Source: a virus
Lineage: Duplodnaviria > Caudoviricetes
Strand: one strand, 5' to 3'
DNA length: 64,000 bases
Virus record (IMG/VR): IMGVR_UViG_2799112954_000004
Span: 10,459-74,458 of that record
Below the pieces are notes generated by a model. It did not search any database, was not told the origin of the DNA, and saw nothing but the letters and a program-made list of their open reading frames with translations. The position numbers were made by a program, and so were the translations under genes. Positions 47,839-56,726 of this stretch are shown one piece after another (position 1 is the stretch's first letter; each line of letters opens with the position of its first letter).

Positions 47839-48448
47839 TTCTAACGATTTTATTATATGCCCATTGGACTGCCTTGATGCTCCACTCGCAATCTGCAAGG
47901 GCGTTATGTACTGTACCTTTGGTATCTATAAGGGAGTATGGGTCTTCTACGTTTGGCTCAAATACACGGGCGGTTTCCAAGAAATAGGTCCTCGCGTCTC
48001 GGACGTTGCGGAAGTGCCAGGGGATGGACTTCTCGTCACCAAACACAACTCGGTAGGCATTTCTCAGCACTGCTATATCGAAGTCGGTTCCTTGCGTCCA
48101 TATCATCAGCTCATCCGCCTTGCTATCCTTTTGCCATTGTTCCAGCCACTCGTTGAACTCTGACAGCACGTATGAGATTGGCTCTCCCCACTCAGTTTTA
48201 AAGTTCTCTTTAGCCTCCTGCTTCGACCACCACTCAATCGTTCCTTGATCGAACGACATACCGTACATTGCGCAAGTGGTAGCGTTGACATTCTTGACGA
48301 AATGAGACTCCGTCTTCTTATCGTCGGTAAACTGCTTAGTCTTGGAACCATCAAGCGTGAACGTCTTTGCAGCAATCTGGATAATGGCTGCTGTGGAGCG
48401 CAAGGACAGCGTTTCCACGTCGACCAACACGTCTAAATACTTTTTCAT
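47825..48448 (-). CDS. DEDD 3'-5' exonuclease/exoribonuclease
   Basis: VDVETL, WTQGTDFD, RNVRDART, HNALAD. Confidence 0.85.
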   Translation of the reverse strand: MKKYLDVLVDVETLSLRSTAAIIQIAAKTFTLDGSKTKQFTDDKKTESHFVKNVNATTCAMYGMSFDQGTIEWWSKQEAKENFKTEWGEPISYVLSEFNEWLEQWQKDSKADELMIWTQGTDFDIAVLRNAYRVVFGDEKSIPWHFRNVRDARTYFLETARVFEPNVEDPYSLIDTKGTVHNALADCEWSIKAVQWAYNKIVRNGTD

Positions 48449-48954
48449 TTATCGCCTCCTTTCTGCTCATCGCTGTTGGCTACAACCTTACCAACGACCA
48501 AATCTTTTGCGTTCATGGCTGCTCTCACGATTGCGCTGTCAACAGATGCTTTGGCTTCGCTCAGTCTCTCTATCTCGTTTTTCAAATAGTCAATCGCTTT
48601 CGTGAGGTCTTTAACCTCATCCTCGCCTGGTTTCCGGCCGGCCCGACAGATGTATTTCAGCGCATTCCCTTTGTTGAAGCTGAGGTATCTGCAAACGTCT
48701 TCAGCTTCTACCCCGTTCGGGAATGAGTAATAACTCTGTTTGTGGATGCCCTGCTTTTTCTCTGCGAAGACGATGGTCTCCTCATGGTGCTCGAAGTGGA
48801 AACCATCGGAGCAATAGAGGCCCTTGCCGTCGATGTTGCAGCCTCCAGTCTTCTCGTTGTAGAATGCACAAAGTCCGCATCTATCATCCTCGTTGTAAAC
48901 GACATCATATTTCGTACCGTCAATGATGGCGTATGTTTCTTTATTCTGCTCCAT
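48445..48954 (-). CDS. DUF3310-like protein
   Basis: LSFNKGNALKYICRAGRK...DLTKAIDYL. Confidence 0.8.
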   Translation of the reverse strand: MEQNKETYAIIDGTKYDVVYNEDDRCGLCAFYNEKTGGCNIDGKGLYCSDGFHFEHHEETIVFAEKKQGIHKQSYYSFPNGVEAEDVCRYLSFNKGNALKYICRAGRKPGEDEVKDLTKAIDYLKNEIERLSEAKASVDSAIVRAAMNAKDLVVGKVVANSDEQKGGDK

Positions 48955-48977
48955 AGCTTTTAACTTATTTTGGTAAC

Positions 48978-49002
48978 CTTGCGGCCTTGAAACGGCCGCA
49001 AG
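48978..49002. repeat. GC-rich 9-bp inverted repeat
   Basis: CTTGCGGCC-ttgaaac-GGCCGCAAG, no U tract. Confidence 0.8.
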
Positions 49003-49017
49003 TATAAAGGGAGAAGG

Positions 49018-49455
49018 TTAAAGGTTAAACGCCGTGCAAGGTCGAACGCAGTAGTCGCCGGACTTATAGTTGTTGATGTAGACGTCGCCGTCACCGAAGT
49101 TCACGCCCCAACTGTAGTTCGCATTGACCTCGCTACTACTCCAATAGCACTCATACGTATTCAGCGGCTCGCCGCCCGTATCTTTCAGTGCTTTGTTCAG
49201 AACGTCACGATAGAGCCACATGGCAGCAAGCTGACCGGCTGTAGGGATGAACGCATCGTCATCCAACTCGAAAGCAAGGCCAGCCTTGCGGAGGTGAGCT
49301 GTGCAAGACTCCATATCGAAGTCATTCAGGGCCTCAATCTCAGCCTTGTAGAATGGAGAGCCGCTTTCTCTATCTGCATCCTCTTTCAGAAGCGTAGTTT
49401 CTCCACACTCAGCGTCACGAGGAGCGACAATCCAACTGTGGTCACGATAGATCAT
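49018..49455 (-). CDS. DUF1566/CLec-like protein (DGR-target type)
   Basis: FIPTAGQL...YWSSSE...SW.VNF..G...VRP C-terminal signature. Confidence 0.8.
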   Translation of the reverse strand: MIYRDHSWIVAPRDAECGETTLLKEDADRESGSPFYKAEIEALNDFDMESCTAHLRKAGLAFELDDDAFIPTAGQLAAMWLYRDVLNKALKDTGGEPLNTYECYWSSSEVNANYSWGVNFGDGDVYINNYKSGDYCVRPCTAFNL

Positions 49456-49673
49456 CAGTACCTTGGCTCGTTATACTCGCTGACAGGCTTAATCTCACCG
49501 GATGAGAATACAACATAGACTCCATCTTCAAGGGAGGTCTTGACTTCTACACGCTTGCTCTCTGCAGGCTTTTCATCCTTGGTGATGAAATCCAACAGCG
49601 ACTTAACCTCGGCAGTGCAGCTTGCATTGTTGGCTGCAACACGCAACAATTTTAATTTTAATGATTCTTTCAT
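49455..49673 (-). CDS. Hypothetical protein
   Basis: 72 aa, coupled to next gene. Confidence 0.6.
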   Translation of the reverse strand: MKESLKLKLLRVAANNASCTAEVKSLLDFITKDEKPAESKRVEVKTSLEDGVYVVFSSGEIKPVSEYNEPRY

Positions 49674-49693
49674 AAGTTATGAATTTAATTCGA

Positions 49694-49916
49694 TTAATAA
49701 AACCTTGCACCTGGTATCATCGTGTCTTCCATCGTCTTTACCCGATGCCATTTCTTTGGTCTGTCTCTTCTCATTTCGTAGTGGGCCTTGAAGGCGTTCA
49801 TAAAATGACTACAGCCTTCTTGGCCGTCATCTACCAAAGTCCCGTGGTAGATACTTTTCTGGCACTCACATACCCCCCCCCGATGAGCAACTTAGACACT
49901 CGTCGCAGATCTTCAT
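49694..49916 (-). pseudogene. Cys-rich small gene interrupted by a G9 tract
   Basis: With G8 it reads MKICDECLSCSSGGVCECQKSIYHG...GARFY (73 aa); with G9 it stops immediately after the tract. Confidence 0.5.
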
Positions 49917-50059
49917 TTCTTACCTCTCTTTCCTTTCAGTTCAAGTGGAGCATACTTCTGACAGGTGCCGTTAAACAAGCCATCACCACACTCAATCATG
50001 CCGTTGAACATAACAGCATTGGTGCAGCTCTCGCACAAACCGTAATACTTATCTTCCAT
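49913..50059 (-). CDS. Small Cys-rich protein (48 aa)
   Basis: MEDKYYGLCESCTNAVMFNGMIECGDGLFNGTCQKYAPLELKGKRGKK; ATGA overlap with next gene. Confidence 0.55.
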   Translation of the reverse strand: MEDKYYGLCESCTNAVMFNGMIECGDGLFNGTCQKYAPLELKGKRGKK

Positions 50060-50082
50060 ATCTCAGACTCTCTATGGTTGGA

Positions 50083-50664
50083 CTACAACGAAAGGCCAAA
50101 AGCCTTAATGCACTTCTCGAAAATCGCCTGGCACAGCTCAATGTCGTAATTGGCATTATGGAGCTTATCCTCAGCGACCGTTACTCCAAGGTACTGGGCT
50201 ACCGTGCTCTGCTTGAAGTTTGGCATTTGCGAACGCTTAGGAGCAAGCAAGGCTGATGCAAATATCATACAGTCCATGCTGTCGCTCCAAAAGTAGCTGC
50301 CGAAGTAATGGTTTCCATTCCTCTCAAAGAACGCACGGAAGAAGTCGTTATCAAACCGCACGTTGTTGAAGCCGACCAGGTACATCTTATCGGTCTTATC
50401 AAACTTATTCACGTACTTACTGAGGATGGCCATCACTTGCTTGTACGCCTCGCTTTGAGGCTGGTAGGAGGCAATCTGCCCACGTGTCACATTGCCGATT
50501 CTCAAAGCCTCGTCAGATATTTCGGCACCTGCAAACGGCTGCATGTGGATGTCGAAAGTCTCTTTCACTACTCCGTCAATAATCACCTTACCGGATAACT
50601 GGTGGATGGCGTTTTTCGCACTACTCAGTCCAGTGGTCTCTAAATCATACAAAAAATACTTCAT
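50083..50664 (-). CDS. DnaQ-like 3'-5' exonuclease
   Basis: YDLETTG, VGFNNVRFD, HNANYDI. Confidence 0.9.
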   Translation of the reverse strand: MKYFLYDLETTGLSSAKNAIHQLSGKVIIDGVVKETFDIHMQPFAGAEISDEALRIGNVTRGQIASYQPQSEAYKQVMAILSKYVNKFDKTDKMYLVGFNNVRFDNDFFRAFFERNGNHYFGSYFWSDSMDCMIFASALLAPKRSQMPNFKQSTVAQYLGVTVAEDKLHNANYDIELCQAIFEKCIKAFGLSL

Positions 50665-50674
50665 GCTGTTATTT

Positions 50675-51259
50675 CTAATCGTTAAACTTTTCCATGTTCT
50701 TACCCCAATCCTTGGAGGCTCTTTTGCGGAGGATGCTCTTAGCCTTATTCTTCATCATGTCGTACATATCATCGCATTTGTACGCCCAGGCCAAATCTTT
50801 CATCAGCTTGGAGTTCTTGGAGAGGAAACGCAACTTCTCCTTGGCGCTCTTAGACAGATTTCGAATGTCGTCAAACTGCTCCATAACAAGCGTGTCGTCA
50901 ACACGTTTCAGTACGTCATTGAAATCCATCGTTGCCGACTCGATGATGTCGCAAGCCATGAACAACGTTACGATGAGCGTGTTGATCTCGGCTTTGTCCT
51001 CCTTGGAGATATTCAGAGTTCCGATGTCGATTCTCTCGGCTTCCTCGTTAGCTTCTTTCAGATACTCATAGACGACCTTTGAGAACAACGCCTCTATCGT
51101 CTGACCGATTTGCAACGCAGCCTGGAGGTTGCCTTGTCTCACAAGAACTTGCTGATGGGTACGCATTTCAATTATTCTGGAGTCCATATCAAACTGCCTC
51201 CGCATCTGCTCCATCATCTCGCTTGGAACGTCACTTGCTTCAAGTTGGTTATTCTTCAT
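50675..51259 (-). CDS. Hypothetical protein
   Basis: Helical protein starting MKNNQLEAS. Confidence 0.7.
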   Translation of the reverse strand: MKNNQLEASDVPSEMMEQMRRQFDMDSRIIEMRTHQQVLVRQGNLQAALQIGQTIEALFSKVVYEYLKEANEEAERIDIGTLNISKEDKAEINTLIVTLFMACDIIESATMDFNDVLKRVDDTLVMEQFDDIRNLSKSAKEKLRFLSKNSKLMKDLAWAYKCDDMYDMMKNKAKSILRKRASKDWGKNMEKFND

Positions 51260-51426
51260 CTCTTGCTTCCTCCATACTCGTAATACTCTTCCTTGTAGCT
51301 CTTGCATTTGTAGTCACCACAAGCATCACCGGTAAGCTGGCATCTCCAGTCCAGCTTATTTGCTCTGTTCGCCTCATAATTGGCGCAATAACGACAACTC
51401 CTGCAACGTTGGTTCTTATTCTCCAT
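51256..51426 (-). CDS. Small Cys-rich protein (56 aa)
   Basis: MENKNQRCRSCRYCANY...CQLTGDACGDYKCKSY; ATGA overlap. Confidence 0.55.
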   Translation of the reverse strand: MENKNQRCRSCRYCANYEANRANKLDWRCQLTGDACGDYKCKSYKEEYYEYGGSKR

Positions 51427-51479
51427 GCTCTTTGAACTTTAGAGGGAGGGAGGCTCGAAGCCTCTCTCCTAATGGTTTG

Positions 51480-52250
51480 TTACTTATCGGAATCGATGTC
51501 ATAGACTCGGTCCAGTGCCAGCTCTCCCTCGCCTCTTTCAAGATAGAACTTCTTGATGGCGTCAGAGATGCGCATTACCGTAGCCTTGCGGTAGATCTCA
51601 CCGACTGGCAGGCCTTTCTTTGAGAGGTCGAAGTTACCGGGCTTTCGCTGAGAGACGATGTTGTGCTCCTTAGCTGCCTTGCTTGCGTCATCCCACTTAT
51701 CGTAGCCTTCACAAGCTGAGCTGAGCCACATTGAGATTCTGCGGATAGCTTGGTCGTCGCTGACCTGCTCGAAGTATTCCTCGATGATGCAGAACTTAGC
51801 GAACACCTGCTGCGACTTGTCAGCGATGGCTTCCTCAATCTGCTGGCGGTTGAACTCGGTGCCGATGGTGAAGTGGAACTGAGGCTTCTCGGCCGGCTCT
51901 GACTTCTCATCCTCTTCTACTGGCTCTGCTTCTGTCTCGACTTCTATTTCGGTCTCGACTTCAGCATTTGACTCGGGCTTTACTTCGGTCTCGCTCTCAG
52001 CTTCGTTATCAGCCTCTACCTGGGAATTGCTCTCTTCCTCGGCCGGAACGATGGCTTCAGCAACTGGTTCTGCGGCTGCTTCCATCTCCTCGCGCTCAGA
52101 CTTCTTGCGGTAGTAGGCAATCACAGCGTTAAGACTGCGGCGACCGTGGACGCGCTCATACTCAGTGAATAAACTCTCGTTGGCTTTCAGAGCCTCATTG
52201 AATGACAAACTCTCGAAATTGCTCTTGATCTGTGACTTCAGACTTTCCAT
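51480..52250 (-). CDS. Hypothetical acidic accessory protein
   Basis: 256 aa with Glu-rich linker, behind class I promoter. Confidence 0.75.
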   Translation of the reverse strand: MESLKSQIKSNFESLSFNEALKANESLFTEYERVHGRRSLNAVIAYYRKKSEREEMEAAAEPVAEAIVPAEEESNSQVEADNEAESETEVKPESNAEVETEIEVETEAEPVEEDEKSEPAEKPQFHFTIGTEFNRQQIEEAIADKSQQVFAKFCIIEEYFEQVSDDQAIRRISMWLSSACEGYDKWDDASKAAKEHNIVSQRKPGNFDLSKKGLPVGEIYRKATVMRISDAIKKFYLERGEGELALDRVYDIDSDK

Positions 52251-52274
52251 TGCTTTTGAATTTTAGTGAATAAT

Positions 52275-52326
52275 ATGTTTCTTATTTACAAGTGTAAAGG
52301 TAGTGATTTTCACTGGGTTACGCAAA
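52275..52326 (-). promoter_or_regulatory. Class I promoter/operator/leader unit
   Basis: AGTGATTTTCACT at 52302-52314; leader 16/16 at 52275-52290. Confidence 0.78.
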
Positions 52327-52377
52327 CTTTTGAACTTGAAATTTAACACCTAAACATTGTTTAACTTTGAAACATTC

Positions 52378-52782
52378 TCACCCGACTAATCGGTAGCCAA
52401 ACGCACCAATAGCTTTCAGCGCCAGCAATACAGACAACAGCAGGATGCTCGTTATAGTGTTGAGCTTCACTTTGCGTACTGACGTTGCTGGTATGACAAA
52501 AGTGACTATCATGAGCAATGCCACGATGTACCAGTAGCTTGTGCAGAGTCCTACAAACCACCATAGGCAATAAACGATGTCGATGCTCGCTAACGTTTTC
52601 ATCCATGGAGAGTAGTAGGAGATATTCTTCATACCTACCTCTCGGAGAATTTTCTGACCTTTGACAAGTCTTTCAGCATTGAGGTACAGGTATTCCTCGT
52701 AGCCTATGAAAGCAAACGCAAAAACGTAGAACAGCACCTCGGCTATATCTTTAACGACATAAATCATAAACAGTCCTCCCAT
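52378..52782 (-). CDS. Membrane protein
   Basis: Several hydrophobic helices. Confidence 0.65.
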   Translation of the reverse strand: MGGLFMIYVVKDIAEVLFYVFAFAFIGYEEYLYLNAERLVKGQKILREVGMKNISYYSPWMKTLASIDIVYCLWWFVGLCTSYWYIVALLMIVTFVIPATSVRKVKLNTITSILLLSVLLALKAIGAFGYRLVG

Positions 52783-52786
52783 CGCC

Positions 52787-53098
52787 TTATATTTTCGCTT
52801 TGTGGGTGAGAGCGAAGTTCTGACGGAGCTTATTAAGCACTATTCCTGCTTCCTCAACGGTCACAACGCCTAAATCAACGTTCTTGTCGATGTCGTACAC
52901 TTTGGTCCCATCAATGGCTATGATGGGATGGACGCTGCCGTTAATGTCAACCTCGTCCGTGAAATACACATGGTTCTTTGCGTTGGCCAGTCGGTCTGCA
53001 TAGTCCTTTTTACGCTTTTTGTCTGCTCTCGCCAAGCGAGAAGCACCGTCTGTGGCGAAATTCGATTCAAACCACTTCTTCAAACTTTCGATTAACAT
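52787..53098 (-). CDS. Hypothetical protein
   Basis: 103 aa in operon. Confidence 0.65.
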   Translation of the reverse strand: MLIESLKKWFESNFATDGASRLARADKKRKKDYADRLANAKNHVYFTDEVDINGSVHPIIAIDGTKVYDIDKNVDLGVVTVEEAGIVLNKLRQNFALTHKAKI

Positions 53099-53099
53099 A

Positions 53100-53285
53100 T
53101 CACTTAAATCTTGAAATTATACTTTTCCGTTTCATGTTGGCATAATACTCTCGGTCGGCTGTGGTTTGCTTGCCAGCCCATTGGATAGCACCTGCCATCG
53201 CATTCTTAGCTATTGTCTTTTCCTCGATGGTGGAGAATATCTCATCATCATCGACAATCTCTAATGCCAGTCTTGCTAAGTTCAT
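53100..53285 (-). CDS. Hypothetical protein
   Basis: 61 aa in operon. Confidence 0.55.
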   Translation of the reverse strand: MNLARLALEIVDDDEIFSTIEEKTIAKNAMAGAIQWAGKQTTADREYYANMKRKSIISRFK

Positions 53286-53289
53286 ACGC

Positions 53290-53982
53290 TTACTCTTTTT
53301 CTTTCGTTGTCAATCGGTAGGAGCCATCCTGGAAGATGACCTTATCGAACATTTCATTGAGCCTATCCGCTATGCGGTCCCCATAATGGGATCTCATCTC
53401 CTGCGGTTTCAGATTGGTCGTCACGATGGTGTATAGCTGTTGGTCGTACCGATACTCCAGCAAATCGACTATCGGACTGAGGACGTTGCCGTAATCAAGC
53501 GTCTCGGCCGGCTCTCTGCCTATATCCTCGATGGCGAGCATTTCCTTGCTGCGGATGTTGGTATAGAACTTGTAGTCCTCCCTCGTCTTTCGGACTATCT
53601 CTTTTGCGTCGATAATCTGCATTCCCCACTCTCTGTCAAGTCTACCATTCCTCACAAGCAGGTTGAGAGCGTTCTGGAATGCGTAAACCATCGTGGTCTT
53701 TCCGTTACCGCACGTACCACAAAGGAGAATACCGAACCTCGGCTGCTTAGAGGTGAGTGCTCTCACGAAACTTGCTACGCTCGCTCTCGTCTTATCGTCA
53801 TTGACGAACTGGCGGCGTCTGTATCTCACTTCTGTCTCGTATGCAGCCATGATGATTTTGTATGCGTCAGCCTCCTCAAATGGGAACTTAAAACGCGCCC
53901 TCGTAATCTTTTGCCGAAGTAGCTGTAATTTCAACACCTCGACGTTTATCTGACCCGTTTTCTGTGTTTTGTCTGCTTCCAT
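53290..53982 (-). CDS. DnaC/IstB-like AAA+ helicase loader
   Basis: GTCGNGKTT, LAIEDIGRE, TIVTTNL, YGDRIADRL. Confidence 0.9.
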   Translation of the reverse strand: MEADKTQKTGQINVEVLKLQLLRQKITRARFKFPFEEADAYKIIMAAYETEVRYRRRQFVNDDKTRASVASFVRALTSKQPRFGILLCGTCGNGKTTMVYAFQNALNLLVRNGRLDREWGMQIIDAKEIVRKTREDYKFYTNIRSKEMLAIEDIGREPAETLDYGNVLSPIVDLLEYRYDQQLYTIVTTNLKPQEMRSHYGDRIADRLNEMFDKVIFQDGSYRLTTKEKE

Positions 53983-54754
53983 GATTTCTAATTTTGATTT
54001 CCGAAATTATCTCGTTGTACTGAGAGTCTATCTTCGTAACTGAGAAGTTGTTCACAATCCAATTCTTGTCGATTGACCTAAGCAACGCTCCAAAAGCTTC
54101 ACAAAGCGAGTCGTCATCAACTGGCAGAGGGTAGGTGCGGTTGGTTCTGCTGAACTTGATTTTCTGCAACAGACGTTTCATCGCTACAGCGTCCTTGGCT
54201 GACCAGTAATATTTTTCTCCGTATTGCTCGTAGAAGTAATCCTCAAAAATTACCCTTGCCTTGGTGACAATAGATGGAGTTTTCTTAGCTTTTTTCTCTT
54301 TTGGGGCACGGTCACCGGCAGGTGGCCGTAACTCTTCGTTAGAAGAGTTTATAATATTCTTTATTCTTAATTCTTTAGGTGTGGTCAGTCGTTGGTCGGT
54401 CGTTGGTCGATTGCTGGTCGATTGCTGGTCAGTTTCACTTTCTGGAACGTTGTAATTATCATAGTTTGAGATAGTTATAAGTGTAAATTGGTTGGTCGAT
54501 TTCACGACTATTTCTCCGCTTTTCTGAAACCTCTCTAAGCAGGTACGAATTGTCCTTTCTGAGATTCCAGTAATCACTGATAAGCTCTTTCTACCAATCA
54601 CAAGTTGCCCTCTTTTGATAACAATACCACGCCAATTTCTTTCCTTGGTGTTGGCATTTATCAAGAAGTAGATGAACAGATGGACCATATGGCTATCATC
54701 GAACCATTCCCAATCTTGAATCTTCCGATACAACTTTATCCAACCATCATCCAT
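53888..54754 (-). CDS. Phage replication initiator
   Basis: GWIKLYRKIQDWEW, winged-HTH (IKRGQL...TGISERTIRTCL), internal iterons. Confidence 0.85.
   Translation of the reverse strand: MDDGWIKLYRKIQDWEWFDDSHMVHLFIYFLINANTKERNWRGIVIKRGQLVIGRKSLSVITGISERTIRTCLERFQKSGEIVVKSTNQFTLITISNYDNYNVPESETDQQSTSNRPTTDQRLTTPKELRIKNIINSSNEELRPPAGDRAPKEKKAKKTPSIVTKARVIFEDYFYEQYGEKYYWSAKDAVAMKRLLQKIKFSRTNRTYPLPVDDDSLCEAFGALLRSIDKNWIVNNFSVTKIDSQYNEIISEIKIRNHGSRQNTENGSDKRRGVEITATSAKDYEGAF
54382..54430. repeat. Putative replication origin iterons
   Basis: TGGTC at 54382, 54393, 54404, 54415, 54426 (11-bp period) next to an AT-rich stretch. Confidence 0.7.
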
Positions 54755-54944
54755 AAAGCATTTCCGTTATAATGAATGAAAGTGTCTGAGTCGATTTACG
54801 ACAGAGTATGCAACCACGTTGTTTCTTCATATTCCATTTCCTTTTATACCGTTTCAAGTAAAAAAGGGGAAGAGGCGAAACGGTTTTCCTCTTGTCGATG
54901 GGCTGCAACCTCCACCTATCCCCATTTGTTGTATATTGCAGGTG

Positions 54945-54976
54945 TAAAGTTAGCAAAAGTATTTGAAAGAGAAATA
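54945..54976 (-). promoter_or_regulatory. Class II promoter variant (replication genes)
   Basis: TATTTGAAAGAGAAATA at 54960-54976; -7 box TAACTTTA. Confidence 0.6.
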
Positions 54977-55010
54977 CTACGCTCCGATTATTTTCCTGCG
55001 TTAACAATAT

Positions 55011-55490
55011 TTATAAGTTTACATGAATACCCTTTTCTTGGCTGAGTCTCCGCACCTCGGCTGTGTAGTACCTTATCTTCTCCTCCAGCTCGCTATCAAG
55101 CCAATGCTTCTGGGAATGAGCGAGAACGTCAAGCCTATCGATGCGGTTCAGCCCGATTTTGGCGACCAGGTTCTTACGATAACCTATCAGATGATCCGCC
55201 GACATTCTGTTGCATGAACGGCACTCCGCATTACAATTATCCTCGTCAAAGCGAGTGGCCATGTGGGTGCGACTGAAGTAGTGACCGCAGTCAACGTCCT
55301 CAAACCTCTTAATCTTTCCACAGGAGATACAGCGAACAAAACCACTCGGCATTGCATCACGCAGTCGTATATACAGCGAGAAAACTCTGTCGAGCTTCTT
55401 CACGAGGTCTGGCTTTCGCTTGGTTCTCTTTTTCGGCTGACCATCATCAGCCTTTCTCTTCTTCGTATTTTTCTTCCAGTATGGTAACAT
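55011..55490 (-). CDS. NinG/Rap-like recombination endonuclease
   Basis: FSLYIRLRD...CISCG...DCGHY...FDEDNCNAECRSCNR. Confidence 0.88.
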   Translation of the reverse strand: MLPYWKKNTKKRKADDGQPKKRTKRKPDLVKKLDRVFSLYIRLRDAMPSGFVRCISCGKIKRFEDVDCGHYFSRTHMATRFDEDNCNAECRSCNRMSADHLIGYRKNLVAKIGLNRIDRLDVLAHSQKHWLDSELEEKIRYYTAEVRRLSQEKGIHVNL

Positions 55491-55492
55491 AA

Positions 55493-56677
55493 CTAAAACA
55501 TTACATTCGTCAATTGCATTCCCTTACTCTTGATGCACCATCGTTCAGTGCCAGGCTTCTCTAATCCGATATTCAGATCATCGACACGTCCAAAGCGCTT
55601 GTAGTTGCCTCCCATGTCAATAACCCAACCGTCTTTGCCCTTGTATGGGCGGATGGCTCTACCAACCATCTGATAATACAGAGCGAGCGACTTGGTAGGA
55701 CGCGCAAGGATAATCGTATCTAACGCAGGATGGTCAAATCCAGTGGTGAGGGTTCCTACGTTGGCCACAACTCGAATAACGCCTGACTTGAACTTCGTTA
55801 AGATGTCTTCACGTTCAGTCTTCGGGGTGGTTCCGGTGACAATGGCTGCTTTGATATCAACGCTTTTCAGTTTCTCCACAAGTGCATCTGCCTCCTTGAC
55901 GAAGCGAGTGAATACCAACACACCGTTTCTCGGCACGTGGTTCTTGGGGTGCAACACTCTTATTGCCGTGTATGACAGCTTATCGTAGAAGCCGGTTCTC
56001 TCATACTCGGCAACCAATGATTTCTCGTCAAAGTCTGCTCCAGTGGAATTGCTCTTAACGTTCCTCAAATCGATGGAGGTGAGGTCATAGTAATGCAAGT
56101 CCGCCAGGAAACCTTTGTTGAGCAATTCAGACACTTGGCAGTAGTACAGCACCTTGGTGAATATCCTCGGCCGTGTTCTCGTAAGAAACTTCAGTATGGA
56201 CGTTCCATCAAGACCTCTACCTAAGCGATATGGAGTTGCAGTAAGTCCTACAACCCTTCGGTTCTCTGAATGTATGAATTGTTCGTACATTCCACCCTTG
56301 GCGTTGACGTTATGGCACTCGTCGATGATGATGTTCTTGAAGTGCTTGAAATCCTCTAAATGGTTCATCACACTACCGATGGTGGCAAACGTTATTTTGT
56401 TGATGTCCTTGCAGCCTACGGAGGCGGAATAGACTCCACAGTCCCAAACACCGTATGAGCACATCTTCTCGTAATTCTGCTCGGTTATCTCCTTGGATGG
56501 GCAGAAAACAAGCACCGGCTCATTGATACGATAGACCTCGTCTGCTATGACGAGGCTCTTGCCTGAACCTGTCGGAAGCACGACAATACCGTTGTATCCT
56601 TGCTTTGACTCGAAGCAATTCACGATGGCTTCTGACGCTTTCTTTTGATAATCCCTTAATTGATATTTCATAGTCAA
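55493..56677 (-). CDS. SF2 (DEAD/DEAH-like) helicase
   Basis: LPTGSGKS, IIDECH, GLTATP, LTTGFD, QMVGRAIR. Confidence 0.92.
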   Translation of the reverse strand: MTMKYQLRDYQKKASEAIVNCFESKQGYNGIVVLPTGSGKSLVIADEVYRINEPVLVFCPSKEITEQNYEKMCSYGVWDCGVYSASVGCKDINKITFATIGSVMNHLEDFKHFKNIIIDECHNVNAKGGMYEQFIHSENRRVVGLTATPYRLGRGLDGTSILKFLTRTRPRIFTKVLYYCQVSELLNKGFLADLHYYDLTSIDLRNVKSNSTGADFDEKSLVAEYERTGFYDKLSYTAIRVLHPKNHVPRNGVLVFTRFVKEADALVEKLKSVDIKAAIVTGTTPKTEREDILTKFKSGVIRVVANVGTLTTGFDHPALDTIILARPTKSLALYYQMVGRAIRPYKGKDGWVIDMGGNYKRFGRVDDLNIGLEKPGTERWCIKSKGMQLTNVMF

Positions 56678-56726
56678 CGTCTATAAGGGAAAGAGCAAAG
56701 GCTCAGCCTCTGCTCTCCCCACTTGT

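Noticed and set aside
23685-52326. Repeated motifs as a CRISPR array or mini-array
   Set aside because: Copies are dispersed kilobases apart, each directly upstream of a gene and containing promoter boxes; there is no repeat-spacer periodicity and no cas gene
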